Part shown: positions 20,077 to 28,167 of the stretch, in pieces
How the letters are laid out: each line of letters opens with the position of its first letter
Numbering within the stretch: the first letter of the stretch is position 1
From: Armatimonadota bacterium
GTDB taxonomy: Bacteria > Armatimonadota > Fimbriimonadia > Fimbriimonadales > GBS-DC
DNA: 64,000 bases
Assembly (NCBI GenBank): GCA_030550775.1
Contig: JAUQOS010000002.1
Span: 4,808 to 68,807 of the forward strand
Reading direction: 5' to 3'
The notes under the pieces: generated by a model
Databases searched by the model: none
Told to the model about the DNA's origin: nothing
Seen by the model: the letters and a program-made list of their open reading frames with translations, nothing else
Translations under genes and position numbers: made by a program

Positions 20077-20663
20077 TGCAACGGATTGCCCTAACTGGCG
20101 GCGTCGCCGAAGGCAAGACGACCGTCTTGCGGATGTTCGAGGCGCTGGGCGCTGCAACGGTTAGCAGCGACGCGCTGGCTGCGACGCTCCTTACTCCAAG
20201 GACGGAACTATGGCACGAACTAATCGCGGAGTTTGGGCAGGCGATTCTCAATGCGGAAGGGCAGCTGCGGCGCGAGCAATTGGCGGCGCTCGCCTTCGGC
20301 GAGCCACAACTGCGCCGTCGGCTCAACCGCCTGATGCATCCACCGATCGTGCGCGCCCTGCAAGCGCACTTGGCACAGCTCCATGCCCCGTGCGTCGTGG
20401 TGGAAGTGCCCTTACTTATCGAGGTGGCACTGCAGGGCGAGTTCGATGCGGTGGTCGTGGTGCACGCCACGCCTGCGCTCCAGCGCCAACGCCTGTTGGC
20501 ACGCGGTTTGCCCCCCCGCTTGGTGCGCCAACTGCTGCGGGCGCAACTGCCCACACGCTGCAAACTCGCTTTCGCCGACTGGGTGGTGCGCACCCATCGC
20601 CCGCTGCCCCAAGTGGAGCAACAAGTGCGCGCCATCTGGCAAGAGTTGAACTCACCCCGTTAG
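20076..20663 (+). CDS. coaE: Dephospho-CoA kinase
   Basis: 195 aa. IALTGGVAEGKTTV P-loop at the N-terminus. TAATG overlap with rpsA. Confidence 0.86.
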   Translation: MQRIALTGGVAEGKTTVLRMFEALGAATVSSDALAATLLTPRTELWHELIAEFGQAILNAEGQLRREQLAALAFGEPQLRRRLNRLMHPPIVRALQAHLAQLHAPCVVVEVPLLIEVALQGEFDAVVVVHATPALQRQRLLARGLPPRLVRQLLRAQLPTRCKLAFADWVVRTHRPLPQVEQQVRAIWQELNSPR

Positions 20664-20766
20664 GTATACTGAACGGCGCAACGAACTACGCACTTGTGCG
20701 TCAAAAGCGGATAGGAACCATTGTCTATATGCAGAATCTGGCAACGGAAGAGGAGGTTTGAGCGCA

Positions 20767-23700
20767 GTGAAACGATTCTGGCTGCTGTTTGGAGCGGGGC
20801 TGCTGACGATTTGGATGGGCTACGCGCAGGGCAACTTAGAAGAAATTCTGCGCCAAGACCCTTCGCGCAATCGCCCCGGTCGCCACTTTTTACCGAATGC
20901 ACGCCCGCGCGAAATTCCGCCTCAAAACTACCGGGTGGCGCCCTCGCGCCCACCACAAACAGGCGCACGCTGGCGCAAAACAGGACTGTTTGACCCTGTC
21001 GAGTTCCATCGCAACCTCCAGAACCGCCAGCAGCGCACGCGCGCCCCGCGCTGGGATCGCGACATCACCAACTCCGCCACCGACGAACTACATATGGTGT
21101 ATAACCCCGGCGCCACGCGCGTCTACTTCTCCAGCAATGCGTCGGCAGTCGTAGGCGGGCGGCTAGCAAACCCTACACCCAACTACCGCATCTGGCGGGG
21201 CGATATCGACGACGGCTCAGCGCAAGGGCTGGGCAACCTCGTTAACCTCACAATTCTTACAGGCGATACCCCCGATGAGCAGTTCGGCAGCCAGATTCAA
21301 CCCGCGCTCAACGAGGCCGCCAATATCCTCGCTTACGCAAACCGCACGGCAACAGGCAGCTACAATATCATCGTGCGCAACTTGCGCTCGGGACAGCGTA
21401 TCGTTATTACTGCCGACAACGACGGTGTCACGCAAAACCTGCGCCCCACCCTTGCTCCTGGGGGGAATCTAATCGCGTTTGCCTCTAATCGCCTGGAGCA
21501 AGGCGAAACCGAAGCAGACCGCCGCTACCGAATCTACCTTGCCCGTGCCGACGGGCGCCCGTTTGAAGATGGCACCTTCTTCCGTCGCCTTACCTTTCCC
21601 GACCCAGGCTTCCACGATGTGGAACCCGCATGGTCGCCCGATGGCACGCGTATCGCCTTTGCGCGCGTTGCCCCTGACGGGAGCAGCTACCTCTACCTGC
21701 TCGATGTGAACACACGCGCCGTTGTCCAGTGGACCAGCTTCGTAGATAACAACGGTAATCGCCCCAGCGATCGGCACCCTTCGTGGGCGGTGTTCAATGG
21801 GGTACCTATCCTAATCTTTGCCTCTACTCGCAAATCAGGCGACCCCCACCGAATCGCGCGCCCTGCCGACCGAATCGACACCACCAACCGCGTCTATGAC
21901 ATTTTCCGCATCGACACAATCGTGCCTGAAGATCAAGGCAGCGTACCCGTTTCGCTAAGCGCAGACCCCAGCGCCGCCGACGGCGTGGTCCCACGCCCCG
22001 ATGTCCCATACCTTACGACGCCACCGTTTGCCCCTACGCTCGGCGCCAAATACCCCAGTGGCGCCCTGGACGAACGTAACCGTGTGGGCTACCACTCCAC
22101 ACGCACCACGGGCGCAGAAACTCCCGGTCCCGGCATCCACGACCTGTGGGAGACCCAACTGTTTGATGTCACACCGCCTGTGCTGGAACTTCTGCCGACC
22201 GTGACGCCCAAAGAAGGTTTTGCAGGCGACGAAGTGACCATTCGCGTGCGTGTGGTGGACTTCCAAAGCGGTGTGGAGTTCGTACGCGTGCAATTCAAAG
22301 ACCCCGACAGCGCTGAGCAGGACGCAGAAGGACGTGAACACCGCATCTACCAACTGTTCACTTTCGACCCGCTTTTCCCCAACCGGATTTTGGTAGAGCA
22401 AGTGGGGCAAGCCTATGTGCCCCTGTTTGTGGAGGTTGGGCAACAAGCCATCCACCCAGAGACATACGAATACAAAGACCCCTACACACTGGTGCGATTG
22501 GGCTTTAATGGCAGCTTAGACGACACCCTGCTGATGGAACCGGTATTAGACGAGAACGGCAACCCCACTGACGTCTACGAGGCGCGTTGGCGCACGCCCG
22601 ATGTGCCCAGCGACTTCTACATCGATATCATCGTGCGCGATCGCGCAGGCAACGAGTTCATCTACGACAACATCTCAGGCTTCACCACGCGCCAGTTTGT
22701 GGGCGCCAACAACATCCTGCTAGTATCCGACTATATGGGCGGGCAATACTTCGTACAGAACCGAATTGATGTGATTGGCAACAGCATCGCCCGCCCCACT
22801 TGGCAACCTGTGGAGAGCTACTGGACCGACAACCCCACAGGTAAGTACCCATTTGACCTGACGCAACCACCGACAGGCTCGCCGCAGATTATCATCGGTG
22901 ATGGCGCCATCCCGCACCCGCGCGTCTTTGGTGCCACCATTCGTTCCGACACTTTGGGCGAAAATACGACCTACGGCAACCTGTACGACATTTGGCGCGT
23001 GCAGTGCCGCAACCCGATTACTCCGTCGGTGTTGGCAGGCTACCTGCCGCGTGTAGAGCGCGAGCCGACTGACCTTGTAGGCGGCTTCCGCGAGAAACTG
23101 CACGCCCCGCGCGCCGTGTTCTGGGCAAGCCCCTACACGGGTAATGTATGGGCAGGTCCGGGGCACCTGCTCGACCCTGAAGTGCAAGACCTGCTGCGCA
23201 GCTTCCTCAACAGCGGTGGGCGGCTGATGGTGAGCGGTCAGGACGTAGCCTGGGCGCTAACCCTGGGCGGAGGCGTAGCAAATTCATTCCTGCGCAATGA
23301 GCTGCGTGCGCAGCTCGACAGCGATGTCGCCGAGGATATCTTCTTGGTCGTCTATCAAGGCTTCCGCCGCGAGCTAACCAGCACGGGCGGCTTAGAAACC
23401 GACCCAGATACGGGCGACCCGAACCCCATCGCTCGCAACCCCGCGGGGCTGCCTATCTGGGTACGCCTGGAGGGCACCACGTTCGTGGTAGATCGCCCCG
23501 AAACCTTGCGCCTGTCGCACCCGGGCAACTACTACATTACGCCGTTCGGTGACTTTATTGATGTGGTGACGCCGATTGGCACCACAACCACCACTCCGCT
23601 CTTCACCGACGCGGCGTGGAACCAAGTGTGGCCCGACACCATCGTGACTGACCCCGACAACCGCGCGCCCTACCGCTACACCACGCCAGGACAGCTGGCA

Positions 23701-26265
23701 GACCAAGCGCGTCAGCGCGCCGGTACCTACTTCGCTAACCCAGGCAACCGCTCGAAGATTGTGTTCTTCTCGTTCGGTGTGGAGGGCGTCAACTCGGGCT
23801 ACACGCAAGGACCGACGGGCATTTTGTGGAGCCGCGCCCTGCGCAACAAGATTGTGCACAACGCTTTTGGCTGGCTCACTCACAGCGTGGTGCAAGGCAC
23901 CGTGCGCCAGTATGACCCGAGCACTGGCACTTATCTACCGCTACCACGCGCCCTGGTGCGCGCCATCGCTCTAGCGCCGCCCAGTATCGCGGGCACCATC
24001 GCGGGCTACGCCATCACTGACTCCAGCGGCTTCTATCGCATCGTGGGCTTAGAATCGGGCGTCTACATCATCGACGCCGAGCGCCCTGGCTTCCGCACGC
24101 AACACCCTGAGTCGGTAGGTTTAGTTGCTACTACAGCAACGATCAACTTGATTGCCTTAGCCGCGCCGCCTGGGCAGCTCAGTGGGCGTGTGATTGATAC
24201 CAACAACCAACCTGTGCGCGGCGCGTTGGTGGTCGCCACCAACACCACCGACCCCGAGCTGAAGGTGCGTGCCTTCACCGACCCCGATGGCACATTCGTC
24301 ATTCCGCGCGTACCCATCGGCACTTGGGATGTCACGGTGGAAGCCATCACCTTCGGCGATTACAACCTGCCGCCTGTTCAGCCAACACCCGACGGTGTCT
24401 ACCGCAATGTGGTGGTGCGCTCTGGCGAAACCACGAATGTGGGCGACTTCGTGTTGGAACCGTTCCCCGGCACAGTGGCAGGCACCGTGACTGATGCCGA
24501 TACGGGGCAACCGATTGCGGGCGCGCGCATCACGGCGGTCATCGGCACAACCACCCGTGCCGAAGTGACCACCGACGCGAACGGGCAATACACCTTTGAT
24601 GTGCCAGCAGGCGAGTATGTGGTGGTGGCGGCCGCACCCGGCTACGCCGTCGCTACCGAATCGGTGAGCGTGCGCTCGCGCGAGACCACCACGCTGGACT
24701 TCCAGCTGCGGCGCCTGCCGCCTGGCTCAGTAGCAGGGCGCATTACTCGCCGCTTCGGTGGCGCACCCGAGCCCGATGTGGTGGTCGAACTGCGCTTCGG
24801 TGCAGCATCCCTCTTCACAACCACCACCAACGCGAACGGCGAGTATCTATTCCCCAACGTGCCTGCGGGCGAGTATGTGGTGGTGCCCAGCAAGCCGGGC
24901 TTCACCTTCACACCCAGCCAGCGCACAATCACCGTCGTGTCGGGGCAGCGTACGAATGTGCCCGAGTTCAAGTCGGAACCGCTGCGCACCTTCTTCCGCG
25001 GGCGCACGCTGGTCTCCGCGCCGTTTGACTACGCGCAAGATGTTCGCACCCTGCTTAGCGTGCCCGCGAACGCCACCTTCCGCTTCTTCACTTGGGATGC
25101 GGGCTTGGCACGCTATGTGTTCTATCCGAACGCACCTGCCAACCGCTTCCAGCTTGGTCGCGGCTACTTCATCGAGACTTCTGAAGACCTGCCGCTCAGC
25201 ATTGAGGGCACCCCTGCCGACGATACGCAGCCGTTTGCCATCCAGCTGCAGGCTGGCTGGAACCTCATCGGCAACCCGTTCCGCTCGGATGTAGACTGGG
25301 CGCGAGTGCAGGTGCTTGACCCAGACACCAACACACCGCTGTCACTCTCTACAGCCGTTGGGCGTGGGCTGATTGCCAACGCGCTGTGGGGCTACTCGTT
25401 CGGCAGCTACCTCGCCACCACGCGCATGCGCGTGTGGGAAGGCTACTGGGTGTATGCCTACCGTGATGTGGTGCTGTTGATTCCACCAAGTGCGCGCATC
25501 AGCGGTCTCTCGCGCAGCGTTGCGGAGCGCACTCCACGCGACTGGCAGCTGACCATTGAGGCGCAAGCAGGCAACACGAAAGACCGCATCTATGTGGGCG
25601 TGGCACGCACAGCCACCAACGGCTTCGACGCTGAGCACGACTTGCTCAAGCCACCGCCCGTAGAGGCAGGTTATGTGCACCTGAGCATCCCGCGCCTTGG
25701 CTGGGGGCAGCACAGTGGTGCCTACGGCGTGGACATCCAAGCACCCACCCGTAGCGCAAGCTGGGAGTTCGTAGTAGAGACAGCTGAGCCGAACCAAGAG
25801 GTTGTGCTACGCTGGCCCGACCTGCACCAGCTGCCGCGCAACGCCAACCTCGTGCTGGTGAACCTCGCAACGGGCGAGCGACGCCACCTGCGCACCACCA
25901 GTGCGTACACCTTCCGCACCGATAGCAACGGCATTGGGCGGTTCCGCCTGGAAACGGCTCCGATGAGCCAGCTGCTGCGCATTCAGCAGGTGCAGGTGAA
26001 CTCGGGACGCGGCAATCAGCACACGATTACCTTCCAACTGACAGGAGATGCGACGGTGCAGGTGAATATTGTGGCAGGCGGCAAGGTGGTACGCCAACTG
26101 CTCAACCAAGCCACCCGCAGCGGCGCCCTGCAGCAAGCCACTTGGGATGGACGCGACCAAAGCGGTGTGGCGCTGCCGCCCGGCACCTACATCGTAGAGA
26201 TTCGTGCCGTGAGTGAGGACGGGCAAGTCGCCCGCGCAACCGCTCCAGTGGTACTCACACGCTAA
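20767..26265 (+). CDS. Giant secreted protein: PD40/TolB-like propeller, 4-5 CarboxypepD_reg-like domains and the shared C-terminal module (operon gene A)
   Basis: About 1832 aa. GTG at 20767 lies 10 nt after GAGGAGG (the track starts at TTG 20758). Signal peptide present. PD40-like AWSPDGTRIAFAR and LAPGGNLIAFASNR. Repeats such as VAGTVTDADTGQPIAGARI..TDANGQYTFDVPAGEYVV. C-terminus is FlgD-Ig-like. Confidence 0.8.
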   Translation: MKRFWLLFGAGLLTIWMGYAQGNLEEILRQDPSRNRPGRHFLPNARPREIPPQNYRVAPSRPPQTGARWRKTGLFDPVEFHRNLQNRQQRTRAPRWDRDITNSATDELHMVYNPGATRVYFSSNASAVVGGRLANPTPNYRIWRGDIDDGSAQGLGNLVNLTILTGDTPDEQFGSQIQPALNEAANILAYANRTATGSYNIIVRNLRSGQRIVITADNDGVTQNLRPTLAPGGNLIAFASNRLEQGETEADRRYRIYLARADGRPFEDGTFFRRLTFPDPGFHDVEPAWSPDGTRIAFARVAPDGSSYLYLLDVNTRAVVQWTSFVDNNGNRPSDRHPSWAVFNGVPILIFASTRKSGDPHRIARPADRIDTTNRVYDIFRIDTIVPEDQGSVPVSLSADPSAADGVVPRPDVPYLTTPPFAPTLGAKYPSGALDERNRVGYHSTRTTGAETPGPGIHDLWETQLFDVTPPVLELLPTVTPKEGFAGDEVTIRVRVVDFQSGVEFVRVQFKDPDSAEQDAEGREHRIYQLFTFDPLFPNRILVEQVGQAYVPLFVEVGQQAIHPETYEYKDPYTLVRLGFNGSLDDTLLMEPVLDENGNPTDVYEARWRTPDVPSDFYIDIIVRDRAGNEFIYDNISGFTTRQFVGANNILLVSDYMGGQYFVQNRIDVIGNSIARPTWQPVESYWTDNPTGKYPFDLTQPPTGSPQIIIGDGAIPHPRVFGATIRSDTLGENTTYGNLYDIWRVQCRNPITPSVLAGYLPRVEREPTDLVGGFREKLHAPRAVFWASPYTGNVWAGPGHLLDPEVQDLLRSFLNSGGRLMVSGQDVAWALTLGGGVANSFLRNELRAQLDSDVAEDIFLVVYQGFRRELTSTGGLETDPDTGDPNPIARNPAGLPIWVRLEGTTFVVDRPETLRLSHPGNYYITPFGDFIDVVTPIGTTTTTPLFTDAAWNQVWPDTIVTDPDNRAPYRYTTPGQLADQARQRAGTYFANPGNRSKIVFFSFGVEGVNSGYTQGPTGILWSRALRNKIVHNAFGWLTHSVVQGTVRQYDPSTGTYLPLPRALVRAIALAPPSIAGTIAGYAITDSSGFYRIVGLESGVYIIDAERPGFRTQHPESVGLVATTATINLIALAAPPGQLSGRVIDTNNQPVRGALVVATNTTDPELKVRAFTDPDGTFVIPRVPIGTWDVTVEAITFGDYNLPPVQPTPDGVYRNVVVRSGETTNVGDFVLEPFPGTVAGTVTDADTGQPIAGARITAVIGTTTRAEVTTDANGQYTFDVPAGEYVVVAAAPGYAVATESVSVRSRETTTLDFQLRRLPPGSVAGRITRRFGGAPEPDVVVELRFGAASLFTTTTNANGEYLFPNVPAGEYVVVPSKPGFTFTPSQRTITVVSGQRTNVPEFKSEPLRTFFRGRTLVSAPFDYAQDVRTLLSVPANATFRFFTWDAGLARYVFYPNAPANRFQLGRGYFIETSEDLPLSIEGTPADDTQPFAIQLQAGWNLIGNPFRSDVDWARVQVLDPDTNTPLSLSTAVGRGLIANALWGYSFGSYLATTRMRVWEGYWVYAYRDVVLLIPPSARISGLSRSVAERTPRDWQLTIEAQAGNTKDRIYVGVARTATNGFDAEHDLLKPPPVEAGYVHLSIPRLGWGQHSGAYGVDIQAPTRSASWEFVVETAEPNQEVVLRWPDLHQLPRNANLVLVNLATGERRHLRTTSAYTFRTDSNGIGRFRLETAPMSQLLRIQQVQVNSGRGNQHTITFQLTGDATVQVNIVAGGKVVRQLLNQATRSGALQQATWDGRDQSGVALPPGTYIVEIRAVSEDGQVARATAPVVLTR
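24991..26262 (+). other. Shared C-terminal module, copy 1 (in gene A)
   Basis: About 424 aa, colinear with copies at 29764-31101 and 32539-33816. Motifs: GWNLIGNPF (25255-25281), DWQLTIEAQAGN, LVLVNLATGERRHLRTTSAYTFRT, ATWDGRDQSGVALPPGTYIVEI..APVVLTR. Confidence 0.8.
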
Positions 26266-26293
26266 CAGACTGAAGGATGAAGGAGGAGTGAGC

Positions 26294-28084
26294 GTGAAAG
26301 CACGGATGAGACGAACTTGGTCGAAACGCACGGCGCTGGTCGGCGTGGTGAGTATGCTGGCAGTCAGCATACTCTATCCGCTGGGGGCAGCCCGCGCCTA
26401 CGCCCAACTGATACAGCTGCCCCGCATCGCGGTGCTGGACTTTGAAAACAAAAGCGGCTACGGCGGCGCCAGCATCGCCCGCGCCGCCACGGACGCCGTC
26501 GCCAGTGAATTCCAAAAACTACGCAAATACGAAGTCCTGGCACGCGGCGAGGTCGAACAACAACTCAAAGACCTTGACCTAACGCCGCCGCTAGACCGCA
26601 CGGGCTTCCTCCGCCTGGGACGCGCCCTGCAAGTGGAGTCCATCATCACGGGCGAAGTGAACGCCGTGACCTTTGTAGGCAGCCCCAAGCAAGCCCAAGT
26701 AGTGATTACCGTGCGTGTGATTGATGTGGCGTCGGGCGAACCAATCAACGGCGCGGTCGCTACTGGGCTAAGCAACCGCCGCCCGGGCTACACAGGCGAT
26801 GACGACACCCTCGTGCAGGAAGCTGTCCGCAACGCCGCGTTTGAAGCCGTGCGCATCATCAATAACTACACCATCCCCGAGGCCACCGTGCTGACCACGC
26901 GCGCGGGCAAGGAAGTGCTGCTTAACCGCGGCATCCGCGGCGGCTTGCAGCCCGGCATGGAGATGATCGTCATTCGACGCGGTGAGGAAGTAGGGCGTAT
27001 CCGTGTCACCCAAGTGTCCGACAGCGACGCGGTGGCAGAAATCATTGACTTCGGACGCGGGATCCAAAGCGAAGACCGCGCCCGCGCCATCTTCCGCGCC
27101 CCCACTGTGCAAGTGAAAGCAGGCAAAGTTGTTACAGAACGCCCACGCCAAAACGGACGCGGTAATCAGCTACTGCGCGCGCTGGGTCCCCTGCTGGTAG
27201 TCGGCTTAATCGCCTTCGGCGTGGCGCGTGCCTCATCAGGAGGCAATACCCCTGTTGAACGCGTTATCGCCGAAGCAGGAGCTGATGCCAACTTCGAACC
27301 ATTCATCCGCGTTCGCTGGAGCACAACGTTGTTCTCTAAAAGCGTAGAAGACAAACTTCAATGGCAAATCTACCGTTCCGATTTCACGGGCACAGACGCT
27401 AACGGGCAGTTGCGCCCCATCGGTGTAACGCCGGGCAACCAGAACTTCTTTATTGACGATACGGTGCCGCGAGTATTCGCCTATGTCACGGCGCCACGCC
27501 TTCGGGAGGGCGTCGAGGATGTAGAACTGGAAGAGTATGGTGCGGACTCGCCTGCGCCTGGTGTCGCTCCCGGCCGTTCCTACACCTACCAAGTGGCGTT
27601 GGTCTACCGTGAACAGCGGTTCGCGGAAGGACAAACCCTGATTCTATTCCGGATTTCCGACCGTGTGCGCTCGGGGCAGGCGACCGCCATCGCACCTGTG
27701 TTTCTGTTAGACCCGCCGCAACGAAGCGAGGATGTTGACCCGAAAGCGGTGCGCTTCAGCTGGCTCGCAGCAGAAGGCGCAAACGCCTACCGCGTGGAGG
27801 TCTCTACAGACCCCACCTTCCGCGATCGGGCACGCACCTTCGTGTCAAACGAAATTCTCTCTACGGCAGCAGGAGGCACTCCTGTCTCGACAGAGACCCT
27901 CAACATCGAGACTGCTTTCCTGCAGCGGCTGGGGTTGGCGGGACGTCGCGTAACGCTCTACTGGCGCGTTGGCGCACGCAACCTCACCGACGACCCCGGT
28001 CCCATTCCCGGTCCTGGTGGGCTGCGCTATGTGTGGAGCCGTCCGTTCGAATTCACCACACAAGAGTTGCCACCAGCCCCCTAA
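26294..28084 (+). CDS. Secreted/membrane protein: CsgG/TolB-N-like alpha/beta domain, internal TM helix and Fn3-like C-terminal region (operon gene B)
   Basis: About 596 aa. GTG at 26294 lies 7 nt after AGGAGG. Signal peptide ..ARAYAQ. PRIAVLDFENKSGYGG..ITGEVNAVTF..VVITVRVIDVASGE is CsgG-family-like. TM segment LLRALGPLLVVGLIAFGVA sits mid-protein. Confidence 0.72.
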   Translation: MKARMRRTWSKRTALVGVVSMLAVSILYPLGAARAYAQLIQLPRIAVLDFENKSGYGGASIARAATDAVASEFQKLRKYEVLARGEVEQQLKDLDLTPPLDRTGFLRLGRALQVESIITGEVNAVTFVGSPKQAQVVITVRVIDVASGEPINGAVATGLSNRRPGYTGDDDTLVQEAVRNAAFEAVRIINNYTIPEATVLTTRAGKEVLLNRGIRGGLQPGMEMIVIRRGEEVGRIRVTQVSDSDAVAEIIDFGRGIQSEDRARAIFRAPTVQVKAGKVVTERPRQNGRGNQLLRALGPLLVVGLIAFGVARASSGGNTPVERVIAEAGADANFEPFIRVRWSTTLFSKSVEDKLQWQIYRSDFTGTDANGQLRPIGVTPGNQNFFIDDTVPRVFAYVTAPRLREGVEDVELEEYGADSPAPGVAPGRSYTYQVALVYREQRFAEGQTLILFRISDRVRSGQATAIAPVFLLDPPQRSEDVDPKAVRFSWLAAEGANAYRVEVSTDPTFRDRARTFVSNEILSTAAGGTPVSTETLNIETAFLQRLGLAGRRVTLYWRVGARNLTDDPGPIPGPGGLRYVWSRPFEFTTQELPPAP

Positions 28085-28103
28085 CCAACCGATTGCTGAC
28101 ATG

Positions 28104-28133
28104 GTGGGACGCTGGTAGAAACCAGCCTCCCAC
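28104..28133 (+). promoter_or_regulatory. Intra-operon GC-rich hairpin between genes B and C
   Basis: GTGGGACGCTGG-TAGAAA-CCAGCCTCCCAC, 11 bp plus 1 mismatch, with no U tract. Confidence 0.35.
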
Positions 28134-28167
28134 CTAAGCGTAGAATTCGAAGCGGGAGGAGAGTTTT

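Noticed and set aside
20646-20670. Promoter for the six-gene operon (TTGAAC ... TATACT upstream of 20767).
   Set aside because: The spacing between the two hexamers is only 13 nt and there is no TG extension. It is plausible as a -10 element alone, but too weak to report as a feature.
26213-26293. Upstream extension of operon gene B that overlaps the end of gene A.
   Set aside because: A strong AGGAGG sits 7 nt before the GTG at 26294, and the signal peptide begins right after it. The extension would add a non-signal N-terminus overlapping the conserved terminus of gene A.
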